Shown piece after piece: positions 49,481 through 62,714 of a DNA stretch of 64,000 bases (positions are counted from its first letter, which is position 1; every line of letters starts with the position of its first letter). The stretch covers positions 73,284,001 to 73,348,000 of the forward strand of contig CM060733.1 in the NCBI GenBank assembly GCA_030704615.1, in the 5' to 3' direction. Origin of the DNA: Takakia lepidozioides (taxonomy: Eukaryota; Plantae; Bryophyta). Position numbers and translations under genes: made by a program. Below the pieces are notes generated by a model. The model saw only the letters and a list, made by a program, of their open reading frames with translations, was not told the DNA's origin and did not search any database.

Positions 49481-52400
49481 ACCTGCAGATACCACTGCAG
49501 GTTTGGGTCAATCCTGCCATCGACATTCGGAAGGTGACATGGCGCACAATTACGCACATGGTCCTTCCAAGTTATGCCATCCCGACCCTCCAAGACCAAG
49601 ACGCCTGAGGGCAAGACCTCTCGAACCCTCAAAATAACACGTCCTGCAGTCACATCCAGGGTCGTAGGAGCAGTCTGCTGCAGATAGACATAGTCACCAG
49701 GGTTGAATCTCCGAACCCCAGGACGATAGCCCCCACCACGTATGGTAGCATACCTCAACGTATCACGGTGTTGTGCAATGGCAAGGTTCTCGAAAGCCAT
49801 GGGCATGACTCTCTTGAACAACTCTGCACGCTGCTCACATGCACGTGCCCACACGTCCGGATCGTCAAGGTTAAGAACTGTAGCAGCTTCTCTGCGAATG
49901 GATGTAGGCAAATCCGGCTCTCGGCCAAAGAGAAGAAAGTATGGTGAGAAGGAGGCAAGTGATGCTTGCTTGCTGAACCTGTAGCCCATGGCTAACCAGG
50001 GTAACTGAAGGTCCCAATCTCCTAGGTGTCCTTCTGCAAGCCATACTTGCGCAAACCCCTCTTTACTGTCTGAACAACTCTCTCTGCCAAGCCATCGGCC
50101 TCAGGATGATCCCGAGAAGTGGTGCGGTGGTCTATCAAGGCCTTGTCACACAAAGCCTGAAACTCCCCCAAGAACTCTCTCCCTTGGTCCGTGAGTACCT
50201 CAGCTGGAGCACCGAATCGGCTAAGCACACAATCCAAGAATGCATACGCAGCTCCCTCACTAGCCTTATCAGGCAATGGAACCAATTCAATCCACTTGGA
50301 GAAGTGCTCCACCATCACAACACGTACTTGTTGTGGCGCATGGTCAGTGGCAACGGCCCTGCGAAGTCAAGACTCCACCTGTAGCCCAATCCCATGATCG
50401 GAAGAGGGTGCAATTGTGGAGTAGGGGCGTTGAATGAAGCACGCACCCTGTCACACACCATGCACCTAGCCACAAATTGTTGCACCTCTGTGTGCATACC
50501 ACGCCACCAATACTGCCCCTGCAGTAGGCTATGAGTGCGTCGCACCCCAAAATGCCCCAACTCCTCATGGGCATGCCGCACTAACCGTGCCCGCTGTGTT
50601 GGGTGAGGCACAATCCTCACTCGACCATCCTCCCACACTCGAAGCAGGTGTGTCCCCTCCCACTTGAACCTCTTGGCTCGTTGTAGGATCCGATCCCTCT
50701 CCTTGGCAGTCACAGTGGCTGCCGTGTCTCCAGTGCGGAGGTAGTCCAACACAACTGAATCCTCATGTATATCTTTGGCGCCACCTTGCTCATTGCTGGC
50801 CTCAGGGTCCTCAGACACTTGATCTACAGTCATCCCTGTTGCAGGTCCAACCTGGCCTTCCGCTGCCAAGATACACAGAAATGCAGATGCATGCCATCCG
50901 GGCACCATTCCTCGTCCGTCTCACCATGCCACCGAGCTCCAGTGTCATCCTGCTGGCTCGTGCATGGATTGCGACTCAACCCATCTGCATTGCGATTGAC
51001 CAAACCCGGTCGATGCACCACCTGAAAGTCATACTCTTGAAGGATGAGTGCCCACCGTGCAAGCTTCCCCGTAAGCTTGTCTGACTCCATCAACCACTTG
51101 AGTGGTTGGTGATCCGTGACAAGGGTGAAGAGATTGCCGTATAGATAGCACCTGAAGTGTGCCACGGCCCACACTGCAGCTAAGCATTCTCCCTCATATG
51201 AGCTATACTCTCGCAGCATTGTTCGAGCGGCTAGCATAAGCCACTACGAACTCTCTTCCCTCATCATCCACCTGTGTGAGCACCGCTCCAAGCCCCAGCA
51301 TGCTCCAATCTGTATGCAGCTGAAAGGGACGCCCCCTGATAGGTCGTCTCAAGATGGGCGCCGAGGTCAACCTCGCCTTGAGCTCTTGAAAAGCTTGTTC
51401 TTGCTCATCTTCCCACTGCCACTCCTGGTCCACCTTGGTCAGCTTGGTTAGAGCCTTTGCAATGGCACTAAATCCCTTAACAAACCGTCTGTAATAGTTT
51501 GCTAACCCCATGAAAGCTCGAACTCGGCTCACATCCGTGGGGCGTGGAACCTGTGCAATGGACTCTACCTTAGTCTGTTGTACCCCCAATCCTCCAGGAT
51601 ATATCATGTGACCCAGATACTCAATCTGGTTGTGGAAAAACTTGCACTTGCCCGGATGTAACTTCAATCCGTGCGTCCTCAAGCGCTCAAATACCCCCTG
51701 AAGGTGTCTCTCATGCTCCTCCACCGTAGCACTAAAGATGATGATGTCATCTATGTAGCACCGAGCAAACTCCACCCCTGCTAGAATCCTGTCCATGACT
51801 CTTTGAAACTCAGCGGGAGCGTTTTTAAGCCCAAATGGTAAGAACCGCCACTGGTATAGGCAATCCTTCCCGTGCTCATTGATCCCCCAGAATGCCGTCT
51901 TTTGCTTATCCGCCTCCTTGATCGGCAACTGGTGATATCCGGATCGTAAATCCAACGTGCTAAAGACCTTGGATGCCCAATGGCATCAAAGATCTCCTCT
52001 GGTGTTGGCATGGCATACCTATCGGACTTGGTCTGACGATTTACAGGCCGGTAATCACCGCACATGCGTCTCTCCGTCCAATTGCCATAGACATCCTTCT
52101 TGGCTGGCATCACTGTGGCTGAAGCATACTCTCCACCAGAGAGCTCCCACCAACCTGCCTCCCAGATCTTGAGTCCTCATCTGAATCAAAGACCTCTCCA
52201 TGTCACTGTATCTATAGGGTCTCCGAAAGATTGGCGTGTCAGTGGCCAACTCAATACGGATCTCTTGACCCTTCAGTGCTCCCAAGTCCTTCAAACTGAA
52301 GGCAAAGCAATTCCTATAAGCCCTCAGGAACCGCCGCATACGTCGTCTCTCTCCTCCGGTGACAATGGGTCCAATGTCAGGCTCCCAATTGTCCTCCGTA

Positions 52401-52639
52401 ACTGCAACCTTAAGTCCAGTGGCTTAGAGGTAGAGGACGCGTCCCGTGGTTGCTATGCTGCAACCTCTTGAGCAGTACTCCCTTCCTGCTCAGTCAATGA
52501 CAAGGCCTCATCCTGCCCCATCATCTCATCATTGAGAACCTCCTCAACCCGAGAAGAATCCCCAACCTCATCCATCACAGCTGCCTTGGCTGCCAACTCC
52601 CTCTGCCTCGAGCACCTCCCACGTGTGCCATGGATGTCT

Positions 52640-53700
52640 ACACCCCGTGGTCCTCACCGGCTCGCCCCCACTCGTTGCCTGTACCGTCTCGGTAGGCAGA
52701 GAGACCGTCAAGGAAGTGCACTCCGCACTCTACGTTGCTCAGCCATAGCCAAGCTGATAATCCAGTCAAGCAATTGAGATCCATTGCTTGCCCCAACACC
52801 TGACGACGTGATGCCTCAGAAAGAGAAGGCACCGCCGTGGTCCCAGTGGAAAACCCATAGCCCGCTCTCGCTCGTCGGCATTAGGCTCCACTAACTGCTG
52901 CAACTGAGCATCCCACAGGAGGCCAGGTCCACCATCCCGAAAAGCATGGGATCCTGGGAAGCTGAGCAGTGTAGGTAATGCTGCTCGTGGTTGACCCACC
53001 CTGTTGACCACTGCCAAAGGCGAACGGTCATCGTGTCTCACACGTTGAGACTGCCTCCCTGTGTCCAAAATGCCATCCACGGTGAGGTGCTGGCCGCTGC
53101 ACCCCATCAAATGCACGCTTGAGTAGTGCGGGTGGCATCAAGTTAGTCCACCAAAGCCGTGGACGATGAGCCCGTGACCCACTGCAGCTGCATCCAGCAA
53201 CACTGCTGACCCAAGCCACGACCGGACTGATGCACACTGGCCATCACCCTGGCCCGAGAATCACCCATCAGTGGCACATTCTCCAAGATGTATGCCGGAG
53301 ATACAGCCTGATGAAGCTGCAAGTGGCGCAAAATCCGCACCATCTCCCAAAACAGACCCGTCCTCAAGTCTCGCAATCCATTGCCATGCCCGGCTGATGA
53401 ATGCCCTTGGCAGGGCCAACCTGCCACTACCAGATCAATGGAGCCAACCCGCTCCAAATCCTGCGCCCCCAGCAACGCAATGTCTGCTGGCAAGGCCTGC
53501 TGATATCCACGAACTGCAGACACCGGCAACAACTCAGGGTGCTGCTGCACCATCTGAGCAACATGGCGCAGTGAGACATGTCGTGCAGTCTCATCCCTCT
53601 CCACATACAGGTAAACTCGTACACTGCCTGCAGCACTGCAGCCAATCCAGTGCTGATCCCGCCAAATAAGTCCAGAAGGCATATGCCTTCATCCGGCCTG
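52640..53700 (-). pseudogene. Retrotransposon-encoded DNMT3/DRM-like cytosine-5 methyltransferase (D2)
   Basis: LLDLFGGISTG, YLYVERD, DLVVAGWPCQGHS, YILENV, AHRPRLWWTN, ERERAMGF, RRQVLGQAMD: motifs I, II, IV, VI, VIII, IX and X; frameshifted. Confidence 0.9.
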
Positions 53701-54401
53701 CCACACAAGAGGTGTGGTGTCCAATGGCGACAACTGAGGTGGCCCTGGTGCAATCACCGCACTCTCCTCCTCTCCTGACGGTACAAAAGCTTCTACCCAA
53801 GCTTGTTGCACCCGTCCATCAGCAGCTTGCTGCAAATCCTTACTCGTACCCCACAACGGAGTGTGAGCAACCATGGCAGGCAACTCCGCCGTACCATGCA
53901 TGTCATCCTGCTCTGCTGGAGGTGGCACATCCTCTGCATGGGGGCTGCTATTTCATGAGCCATGAGCCATGAGCGGCATGAGCCATGAGCAGAGTCGTAA
54001 GTGTGGAAAAAAACATGAGCAGCACTATTTTCCGGAAATGAGTGTCCGCGGGAATAGGGTTTAGGGTGCCACGGTCATAGGGGAGAAGGACCTCCCGATG
54101 AAGGAGGTTCGGCAATGTTATTTAGAATTATATATTGAAAGGCAATGTTTCGCGAATGGTAGGGTGGTACTGCTCTGTACAATGGGGGCCCATTTCAGCC
54201 TACCAGCCATTTGCAAAATCCACCCACACTCCCAATCCCAAACGAAATGAGCAATGACGCATTCTGGCAACGATGGACACAGAATAGAATAAAAAGAGGG
54301 CACAATGAGGTTTTTATTGATCCACATGAATTGCATTTGAAGCACGTCTACTGTGCTGATTGTGCCATCAAATCTTGAGCCCTGTGCCTACTGAATACAA
54401 G

Positions 54402-54965
54402 TCACGTTGTCAATGGGACTTCGACTGCTCTCAGAACTAGCTCATGAGTCATGGGGCTCCTCCATGTAAAGTCGATTGCAGCCGTTGTACCGCCCCTAGT
54501 GATGTTCACCACAATGTCCTGCCCTTCAATCATACCACCATCGAATATGGAAATCTTCACGTTTTCGTCGTCCACACCAATGCGAATGTCCCCATACAAT
54601 GGAGAAGAGGAGCGCACTCCTCGAGGAGAATAGGTCTCTCCGATGGAGTCCACCCACGTCCAGTGGCAGCAGTTCCACCGCAACAGCATAGCAGTGCGCC
54701 TTCTTCTGCATGGGTGACCGTCGTAGCTGGGAAAATCGGAATCGAGGATGCGCAGGAGCCACGGACTCCTCAGACCAAGATCGTCACCCCGCTCGAAGGC
54801 GTAGTGGCCTACGATATACTCAAAAGCCACCAATGTTTCCACAATCGAACCAGTATCTTCTGTGTAATCTGTGTACCAGATAACAATGTCTCCCGATGTG
54901 GCCGAATACATTGCATAATCGATGCCTCCAAAGGGGCAGTCGTCCCGGTTCCGGAAGCACGGCAT
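54402..54965 (-). CDS. Unknown cargo protein (about 187 aa), paralogue 1
   Basis: MPCFRNRDDCPFGGIDYAMY..SGDIVIW..YAFERG..PWLLRILD..WNCCHWT..SIFDGGMIEGQDIVV..ELVLRAVEVP aligns end to end with 55516-56081. Confidence 0.65.
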   Translation of the reverse strand: MPCFRNRDDCPFGGIDYAMYSATSGDIVIWYTDYTEDTGSIVETLVAFEYIVGHYAFERGDDLGLRSPWLLRILDSDFPSYDGHPCRRRRTAMLLRWNCCHWTWVDSIGETYSPRGVRSSSPLYGDIRIGVDDENVKISIFDGGMIEGQDIVVNITRGGTTAAIDFTWRSPMTHELVLRAVEVPLTT

Positions 54966-55515
54966 CCTTGCAAAGGAGGACCTGAGGACGACTTGGATGC
55001 CGATGACCTTGCGGACAGCTACGAAGCCCTTAGATTTTGGAAATGATACGAAGCGGAAGAGCAGTCCGGCCTCCAATAATGGAGCATCTGGGTCACACGT
55101 ACCCACCGACGGAGGTGGAACGTGTTCATCACGCCAGCGGTGGATGAACCCATACATCTTTCTCATCAACAAGTTATAGTTTGAGATCTGCCACCGAAGT
55201 CCATCCCCCCGGATGGAAATTCGGCGCCGCATTTACATCGAAGAGGGGATGGACTTCGTCGTGTCCAGTGGCTATCGGCCCACCTGGCAGTGACTGCCCA
55301 TAGTTTGCATGGCAGGGTAGGAAACTGAAACGGCTACATTCATGCAGCAGCCAATCTTCATCGGTCCAGGATCCTGTAGGGGGGAAATTTAAATGTGCCC
55401 TGGAGTGTTTGTGAGGAATTGCAGCGTTAGCTTGAACTTTTTCCAGCCACCGCGCTCCTCCTCCTCCATCCGGGAGCTGCTGTCATTGAGCGTACTCCGC
55501 TACTCTTTTTCAAGG

Positions 55516-56081
55516 ATGTCGTGCCGCCGAAATCCAGCCGACTGCCCTTATCATGGCCACGATTATGCTATGTTCAAACCAGAATCAGGAGACATCATTG
55601 TCTGGCTCTCTGTTTTCACAGACGCTGCTGGAATCAAGCAAGAGTCTTTGCGCGCAATGGAGTATCTGGAGGGCTATTACCGCTTTGAGCGAGGTGAGGG
55701 CGAGGGTCAATGCGGTCCGTGGGTCCTGAAAATTGTTGACCTCGATATACCAAGCTGGAAAGGGATGCCGGATAGATCACGCACGGCCGCTTTGGCGCTG
55801 GAACTGCTGCCAGTGGACCAGGGAGGACGGCACCGGGGAAAACTATATACGTGCAGATCACTCCGCTCTTCCAGTGTATGGAGACATTCGAAGACGAATC
55901 GCACGGGCACATGAGGCCCACAGTGACCTTGTCAATGTATGATGGTGGTATCATTGATGGACATGACATTGTCGTCGGCTCCAGCAAGGGCAGCAGAACG
56001 ACCGAATTGCAGTTTACCTCGAGGTGCCGCAGCAGTGATGAGCTTGTTTTGAGGGGTATCGAAGTTCCGTCGACTTGGTGA
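55516..56081 (+). CDS. Unknown cargo protein, paralogue 2 (frameshifted)
   Basis: MSCRRNPADCPYHGHDYAMF..SGDIIVW..YRFERG..PWVLKIVD..WNCCQWT..MYDGGIIDGHDIVV..ELVLRGIEVP. Confidence 0.6.
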
Positions 56082-56324
56082 AGCCCATGTAGAAGGAGGA
56101 AGGGCTTAGTTTTGTCTGCAGTTGGTAAATGTGAGACATCGTGTCCGATCAATAAACCCATCGTACCTCACTTCTGTATGATTGTGTTTCATTGTGTTGA
56201 ATAACTGTCGGAATTGGCCCACTGTTTACAATTTGATGTCTCATTTCTACAATGTGTCTGTCCGGATGAATATAGCAGAGTAACCGGTATGTGAGTCATG
56301 TGTCAAGAATATACCAGAGTAACG

Positions 56325-57050
56325 CCATGTCGGACATCGGCGCATTTCCATGTCGGGAAATGAATTGCCGGAAAACCGCATTTCCATGTGGACAAGAAAA
56401 TGCGTGCATCATTTCCGTCCAGGTACACGAAATACCAACACGGGTCTATAAATTGATCAGAAAACGAGGTTGGCATTGCAAATGCGGCGACGCATTTCCA
56501 GCTTGGCAATGGAAACTTCTTTTTGGACAAGGGAATGCGGTGCCGCATTTCCGTCAACACTTCGAAAAGTGTGACATTTCCGACCAGCGCGATGGAATGC
56601 GTTACCGCATTTCCGAGAGAGGGTCTGCAAATGGACAAATTGCGATGTCCGTTCTGGAAATGCGGCGCCGCATTTCCATGTCCGTCATCGACTTTTTTTT
56701 TAAAATGGAATGCGGTGCCAATTTTTGCTGATGGGCCTGCAGTTCGAACAACGACCATCCCCAATATGAAATGCGGCACCGCATTTTCAATCCCGCCATG
56801 TCGACCTCCTTGTTCGACCTCTTAAGCGTGGTGGCATCCATGCAATGAGCGGGAGAGGCCAAAACTGGCGTGTGGACAAAGGAAATTTTGGAAATGCGGC
56901 ACCGCATTTCCAATTCAGATTACTTTTTACTATGCCAACATTGAAATGGAAAATTTAGTCCCTCCCCTGTTTTGAAAATGCGGTGCCGCATTTCCAAAAG
57001 AGGTTCTTAGAGTTGCCAAAATTTTGGAAATGCGGTGCCCATTTCTGATT
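56325..57050. repeat. Cluster of GAAATGCGGYRCCGCATTTC palindromes
   Basis: About 11 copies, e.g. near 56480, 56533, 56657, 56768, 56890, 56975 and 57026. Confidence 0.85.
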
Positions 57051-57214
57051 TTGGAGCGTCGTGGTTTGGGCGATTGTGTGGCTGGAATGCACACTGGAGA
57101 GGGGTCACGAATGTCGGGCAGAATTTCCTTTATATACTGGAAGAGAATTTACATTTACAGAGACTTCATTAAAATTCTATTAATCTTGAAAATCATCCGA
57201 ATCCTCATCCTGTT

Positions 57215-60200
57215 CTAGACTGTCCTGCTCCTCCTCCACCCCCTCAGTGCCTTCTCATCTCCAGCGGACTGCTCGTTGGCCAGGCTTTCGAAAATCCCAT
57301 CTTCCCCTTGCGGAACTGTCCATCTCACCTCCGTTGGGTCGTCTTCCTCCCTGTCTGCGTCGCTCTCATCCGCTGAATCACATATGTACTTTCGTACCCG
57401 TCTACCTGTCTGAGCTGCTGCCAACTCTTTCCTTATCCTTCTGTCCTCCCTAGCCCTCTCCAAAATCTGCTCTACTTTACTGGGATTCTCACTTCTTCTA
57501 ATCGCTGTATTTGCGAGTTTAGCTGCAACTAGGAAGGGAGTAGTCCCTCACCGGGCTCGTCATGAAGTCGGCCCTCGCAAAGAACGGGACATTCTTCCTG
57601 GCAGGAAGTGTAGGCCCTACATGTTTCGACCGGACCCTGCAATCCTGCACATGACAATCATCAACGAGACTAATGAGAACCACAGTCGGGAAATTCGTTT
57701 GACATAAATGACCCAGAAGGCTTTGCAAACTTACAATGTTTGCACTCACTCGTATTCCGGGTTCTCCTCCGCATCAATGTCCACTGTGTCTTCCTCGGAC
57801 TCCGACGAATCCGAGGAGACTTCCGCTCTGTCGGGAGCCTTCACATTCCGTTGCAGCCCTCCAGATGGGATCCCCACACGGATGAATCCTCCTCGTAGGC
57901 AAAGAGGTGCCGGTCGGAAAACCGCCCAGCCCACATTGAGGCACCTGTTACAATGCCATCCACACATTACCACATGGCGCTTCAGATGTTGCGAACTACA
58001 TCCTAACGAGAATTTGCAGAACAGCAGAGATCAAGATTCTGCATACCTGTCCCACAGATGAGGTCGAGCACTGTGCCCTCCACGTCTGTGCATGTCTCCA
58101 TAATTGTCTGAATGAAGGCAGGGCTCCGAGTCCGTGAGTACCGCAGGGGTTCCGTTGAAGTGAGGCTATGAGGGAGAAGTTCCTTGGGAACGTTGTTGAA
58201 CAGAACGTCGTAATCGAGTGGGTCGCAGTTCGGGTCAACCTTTCCTCCCTCCTTCCGGAAAGCAAAGGTGGAGTTCTCCTTCACAAAGCAGTATGCATCG
58301 AACTGCTTCGTCTGCATACACAGGGGGAAAACGATTAGAAACCGAATGCGGCACCGCATTTGAAAACACCCAAGCAAATGAATGGACGAGTGCCAGTGTC
58401 GTAATCACCTTCTTCCCTTCCGACCGAAGGCCCAGTGTGTTGATGCACGTCCACTTCTTTTTCAGAATCGGGACGGCGCTCTTGCGGGTCCACTTCGCAA
58501 TTCCTGTCTGAGTGTTTTTTCCTCTGCTCGCCAGGACAACCACACAGCCTCTGTCGTCCAACACCATGCGGGCAAGCCCGAATCCTTTCTTCCAAAAGTC
58601 CTCCGAGTACCTGTTCCAAGATGGCAAAGCTTGCAGTCCTTCCACAGGCTCTCCGTCCGGAATATCCAAGATGATCATATCGCAAGACCACTCGGTGGCA
58701 TTTCCGCCCCTCCTACAATCCTTGTCTGCACACACCCTCAAAGAACGAGACCATATTCTGAAATCCTGGGGTGTCGGAAGGCTCTTCGGCAGTCGCCTTC
58801 TTCAGTGCTCTGCCCTTCAGACCCTCCATGGTCTTCATGTATGCCAACTTGGCTGCCCGTCCATCCAAAGCCGCCAAGAAACTCTCATTTACACACTGGA
58901 CTACTGTTTCGGGAGCCACTTTCGGCCTCTTCATTTCCACCGGCTCGAAAGGGTGCCCCCCTGGGGGGTTGAAGAGTGCCTTCTTTGCCGAGCCAGTTCT
59001 CGTGCCTCTCGTGACAACGGTGGGCACAGGGGAGGCAGCCTGCGTTTGGGGGGTGGGCTGGTTGCAAAGTCTCCATCGGAGTCCTCTTCCTCACCCTCTT
59101 CCTGAACAGTGTTTCTGCTTCTTCGTTTTGGCGGGTGTCACAACAGCTGCTCCTTGCTGGCGAGTCCTCTTCTTCGACCCCTTCTGTTGGGCCTGCACAG
59201 CTGCATCCACCGTCTTTTGTGCCATCTCAGCTGCCTTTCTGGATTCTTCCAGAGCAGCAGATTCCTTTGCCGACTTTGGCCCAGCAGGGACACGTCTTTC
59301 CTTTCTCTTCTCTTCTGCCAAGGCGTGCAGATCTTTCTCAGACTCGTCAACAATACCGCCAGACATGTCCAGGTACCACGGGCATCCAACGAGATGCGCG
59401 GGATGCCATTGTTTCTGCATCTCGGGTGTAGACAGCTTGGGCCCGCCACGGTCCAAGCCATGAAGAACGGGGGCTCTTGAGCCAGGGCCCCTGTCTGAAG
59501 GAGCACGTATTTCATATACCTGCAAGGCAGTCAGCATGCGTGAGCAAAAGTTGAGACCAACCTACTGGCAGAGTGCCACCGAAAACATAAAATGCGAATG
59601 CGGTGCCGCATTTCCGAGACAAACCTCGTAACCAGGCTTCGCATACAAGGGCAGCTGTGCTTCACCTGTAAACAATTCGCATTGCAGCTTTCCCCGCTCC
59701 CTCCTGATGTGTAAACTCCACGCTCCTTCTTGCTGTCTGTAGCTCTCTGGCGAAAAGGTTGTCCTTGTACGCACATCTGAAACGTGTCACGTAGTCTTCC
59801 AATGTCTGTGTTCCATCCCATTTGACGTACAAGCCGAACGAATTTGTGTGCATTACGACTTGCTCCTTCGCATTCGACATTACCTGCGATTCCCAAATGC
59901 ATTGTCACGTAGCAGTTCAGGGAATTCATGTCAGAAAAGCAAATCTGGGGAAGTACCTTGAATTACCTGGAACCACCAAGTCATACGGTTGAGCCACACA
60001 TCCACTGCAGGGTCGGAAACTTCGAGTGGAAAAGACCACATTGTCCTTATGCTCTCGGATGCATTCCAGATCGACAGCCACCGTGTCTGCCATTTCCGAT
60101 CCAATGTCAGGAGCTGGAAGAGAGTGGCTATTGCTAGGAAGGAACTTCAGTGCATTGAAACCTCACCTTCTCTTTCGCCTCCACACATGCCGTTGAGAGG

Positions 60201-62372
60201 TGATGCAGTTTCTCCAATTGCATGGTCGGCTGCATGGCCCGAGAATAGTGTTTTGCAATCTCGGGGATGAAGTCCTTTCCAAGTGCCGGATCTGCAATTG
60301 CCACCAGCTTCACAAGCTTTGACTTGTATTTGGTTCTGGACTTGACACCGGCTTCTTCAAGTGCTCAGTCAATGACTGCAACGTTTTGACCTGCCCCTCA
60401 CTTTCCATGAAGAAGCGTTTGGCATGGGCCAAATCCAGCTTGATGTTTGACTGCCAACAAAAACATGCAGAAGCGTTACATTCGATTCATGTGGAAACAT
60501 TACTGAAAATTGGGGAAGGATGAGCAGAGGGAAATTGGAGGACGACTTACTTCGTATATCACCTCCACCATTCCATCCATAGTGAGACGATACCATGTCC
60601 GGTCTGTTTTTGCAACGGCTTTCTGAATGAGCTCGGGCTCCAGCATTTCCGCAAACATCTGCGGATCAGTGAGACCAGTTTTCCTCACCCTGTACAGCAT
60701 ATGTGCCATGTGGGTATGCACGTACGCATTCTCAGTGACCCTGCAAGGCACACTCTCCAGTTCAGTACACGGAAGCACGGAAACAAACCAGAATGGAAAC
60801 CGAAATGCGGCACCGCATTTCGAACGTGCTAGGGAGGGTATGAGTATCTTACGAGTTGAGGTCCGCCATGGCATTCTTGAGCAGGGAGGAGTCTGCCGCC
60901 TTCACCTTGAGGATGACACACTCCACCATGTAATGCCAGCCAATGTGCTTGGCATGGTTCTGCTTGATGTACTCCCACCAGGCGAGAAGTCGGTGATTCC
61001 CGTCCCACACAAAGAACATTTTACCCGACATATGGCCGAAGTCGGGATCACCCTTCAGCGTCGCCTCGAATTCGTGTTGCGAGTGTGCCAGTGGGTATCC
61101 CACGTTGACAATTCATCGGCAGTGGGTCCACGAGTTTCGCCGTCCTCATTCTCAATGGAAACGTAAAACGCTGCCGATCCCAGACGGTACCCTTCTCGAA
61201 ATGCGAACTTGAGCTTATCCACATCTCCGGGAAGGGCCTGCCTGACGATGGGAAGGGAGACCATGCGACAGAGTGGGATTCGAAGAGTCCGCTGGAATAC
61301 CCTGCTGCCCAACTCTGCCAATGCTACTGTGTGTCTCCTCCAACATTTTATCCGCTGCACTTTTGAAATCCTCCGGAGACATGTCTGTAGGTGCCGGTAG
61401 TGGCTGAGCAGCTGGAGCATCCTCAACTGGAGCTGCACTCTGGGGCCTGTCTGCGGGCAATTCTGCCATTGCAGAGGCCTCCTCCGGGCCTGCTTGCTCA
61501 TCGGTGGTGAGGTCTTGCTGCGAACGTTGAGCGGCAGCACCCTCCTCCGGTACCAAATCGAGATCAACGGTCGATCCCATTGCCTTCGCTGCAGCAGAGT
61601 CGGCCCCAACATCTGCAGGCGGGAAATCCTCCAGGAACTGAGCTTCAGCTCGTGGAAGCGGTTTTGCGGGAGATTGTTCGCCCCGTCGCCCTGATTGCCT
61701 TCTGCTTCCTCATCCTTGCAGGTGAAGGTGTCTGCTGCAATTGAATCTGTCTTCTACCCTGCTGCTTCATTCGCGTTGGGGGGGTGAATCGGCCTGAGCC
61801 GGTTCAGAAGCCAGTAGAGGGACGGGCTGCTTCTTCTTCGACTTTGCTGGAGAAGGGCCCGACCCCTGCTGGCGATTCTCCATGACGAAGAACGCGAGTC
61901 GATCTCTGGGACTTTGAACTTGCCCTTCGAAGACGCGTCTTTGAATCGCAGAGGGCTAGGCCCGGCAGGAATACCCGCGCTCGGGGATCGGGTGGGTGTA
62001 CGTGCTGCAGCTAGCTCCTCGGACTCTTCCTGCGGCTCTTCGGATTCCTGCGATCCCTCCAGCACGTCCACCTTTCCTGTTAGGCATGCAAACATGTTCT
62101 GCATTCAAGTCTCCCTAGCATTCAGTCTAAGAATTACAGAAGCAAAATGGGGGGTTCGGTGCTCGATCAGCTGCGCGCAGCCCGATCGCATGGAGCTCTC
62201 ACTGGTGGCTGGGTTGCCTGAGTGGCCTGCTGCTCGGAGATGGCAATCTCCTCCTGTAGACGCATCTGCTTCCTCCCCTTCGGCATTGGCCTACGTCCGA
62301 AGTATAATTTCCGGAGCTTGCGACGAGGTCTCCTGTCTGGTGCACGAACTCCCCCCTCTCAGGTTCGAGCAT
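57215..62372 (-). CDS. Multi-exon ParB/Srx-like plus beta-class DNA methyltransferase fusion (element C; frameshifted as assembled)
   Basis: IPLCRMVSLPIVRQALPGDVDKLKFAFREGY..MFFVWDGNHRLLAW; CDMIILDIPDG; RSPAFIQTIMETCTDVEGTVLDLICGTG; last exon RKNVPFFARADF..EVRWTVPQGEDGIFE as in element B. The 5' boundary is uncertain. Confidence 0.8.
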
Positions 62373-62714
62373 AAGAAGAACAGAGAGAGGGAAAAGGGGC
62401 AAAGAGTGCAGATGGAAAGGGCGCGAGAGGGGGACTGAGGAGACACGACAAAAGTAGATGAAACGGCGGTGATGCACCACTTGGGTTCGAAAGGGTTGGA
62501 CGAAAGTGTCTCCTCGTGGAGTTTGCGTCATTACGAAATTCGAATCGTTGAGGGTACGCCTGCCGTCCGAAAAACAAACATCATTATCCAACGGTCAGGC
62601 CGCGCCGCCTCATGCCCCTTCAGTCAGATAGAGTGCCGACATGTGCAGCAATTCCGTTGCTCCACGTGTTCACATTTCAAGGTATTTCCGTCCCAGCGTC
62701 TGATGAGTTGGAGC

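Larger units (their letters stand above)
48555..53939 (-). mobile_element. 3' half of Ty3/Gypsy element D2: DNMT-RT-RNaseH-integrase-PHD, PPT, 3' LTR (48555-49074)
   Basis: DNMT 52640-53700. RT/RH 50900-52340 (YIDDII; LHTDWS; TDHQPL; NADGLSR). Integrase 49480-50900 (HEELGH, CMVC, SLDFAG, TDQG, GLAER). PHD 49335-49475. Purine-rich AGCTAGGGGGCGAT precedes TGTGG at 49074. Confidence 0.9.
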
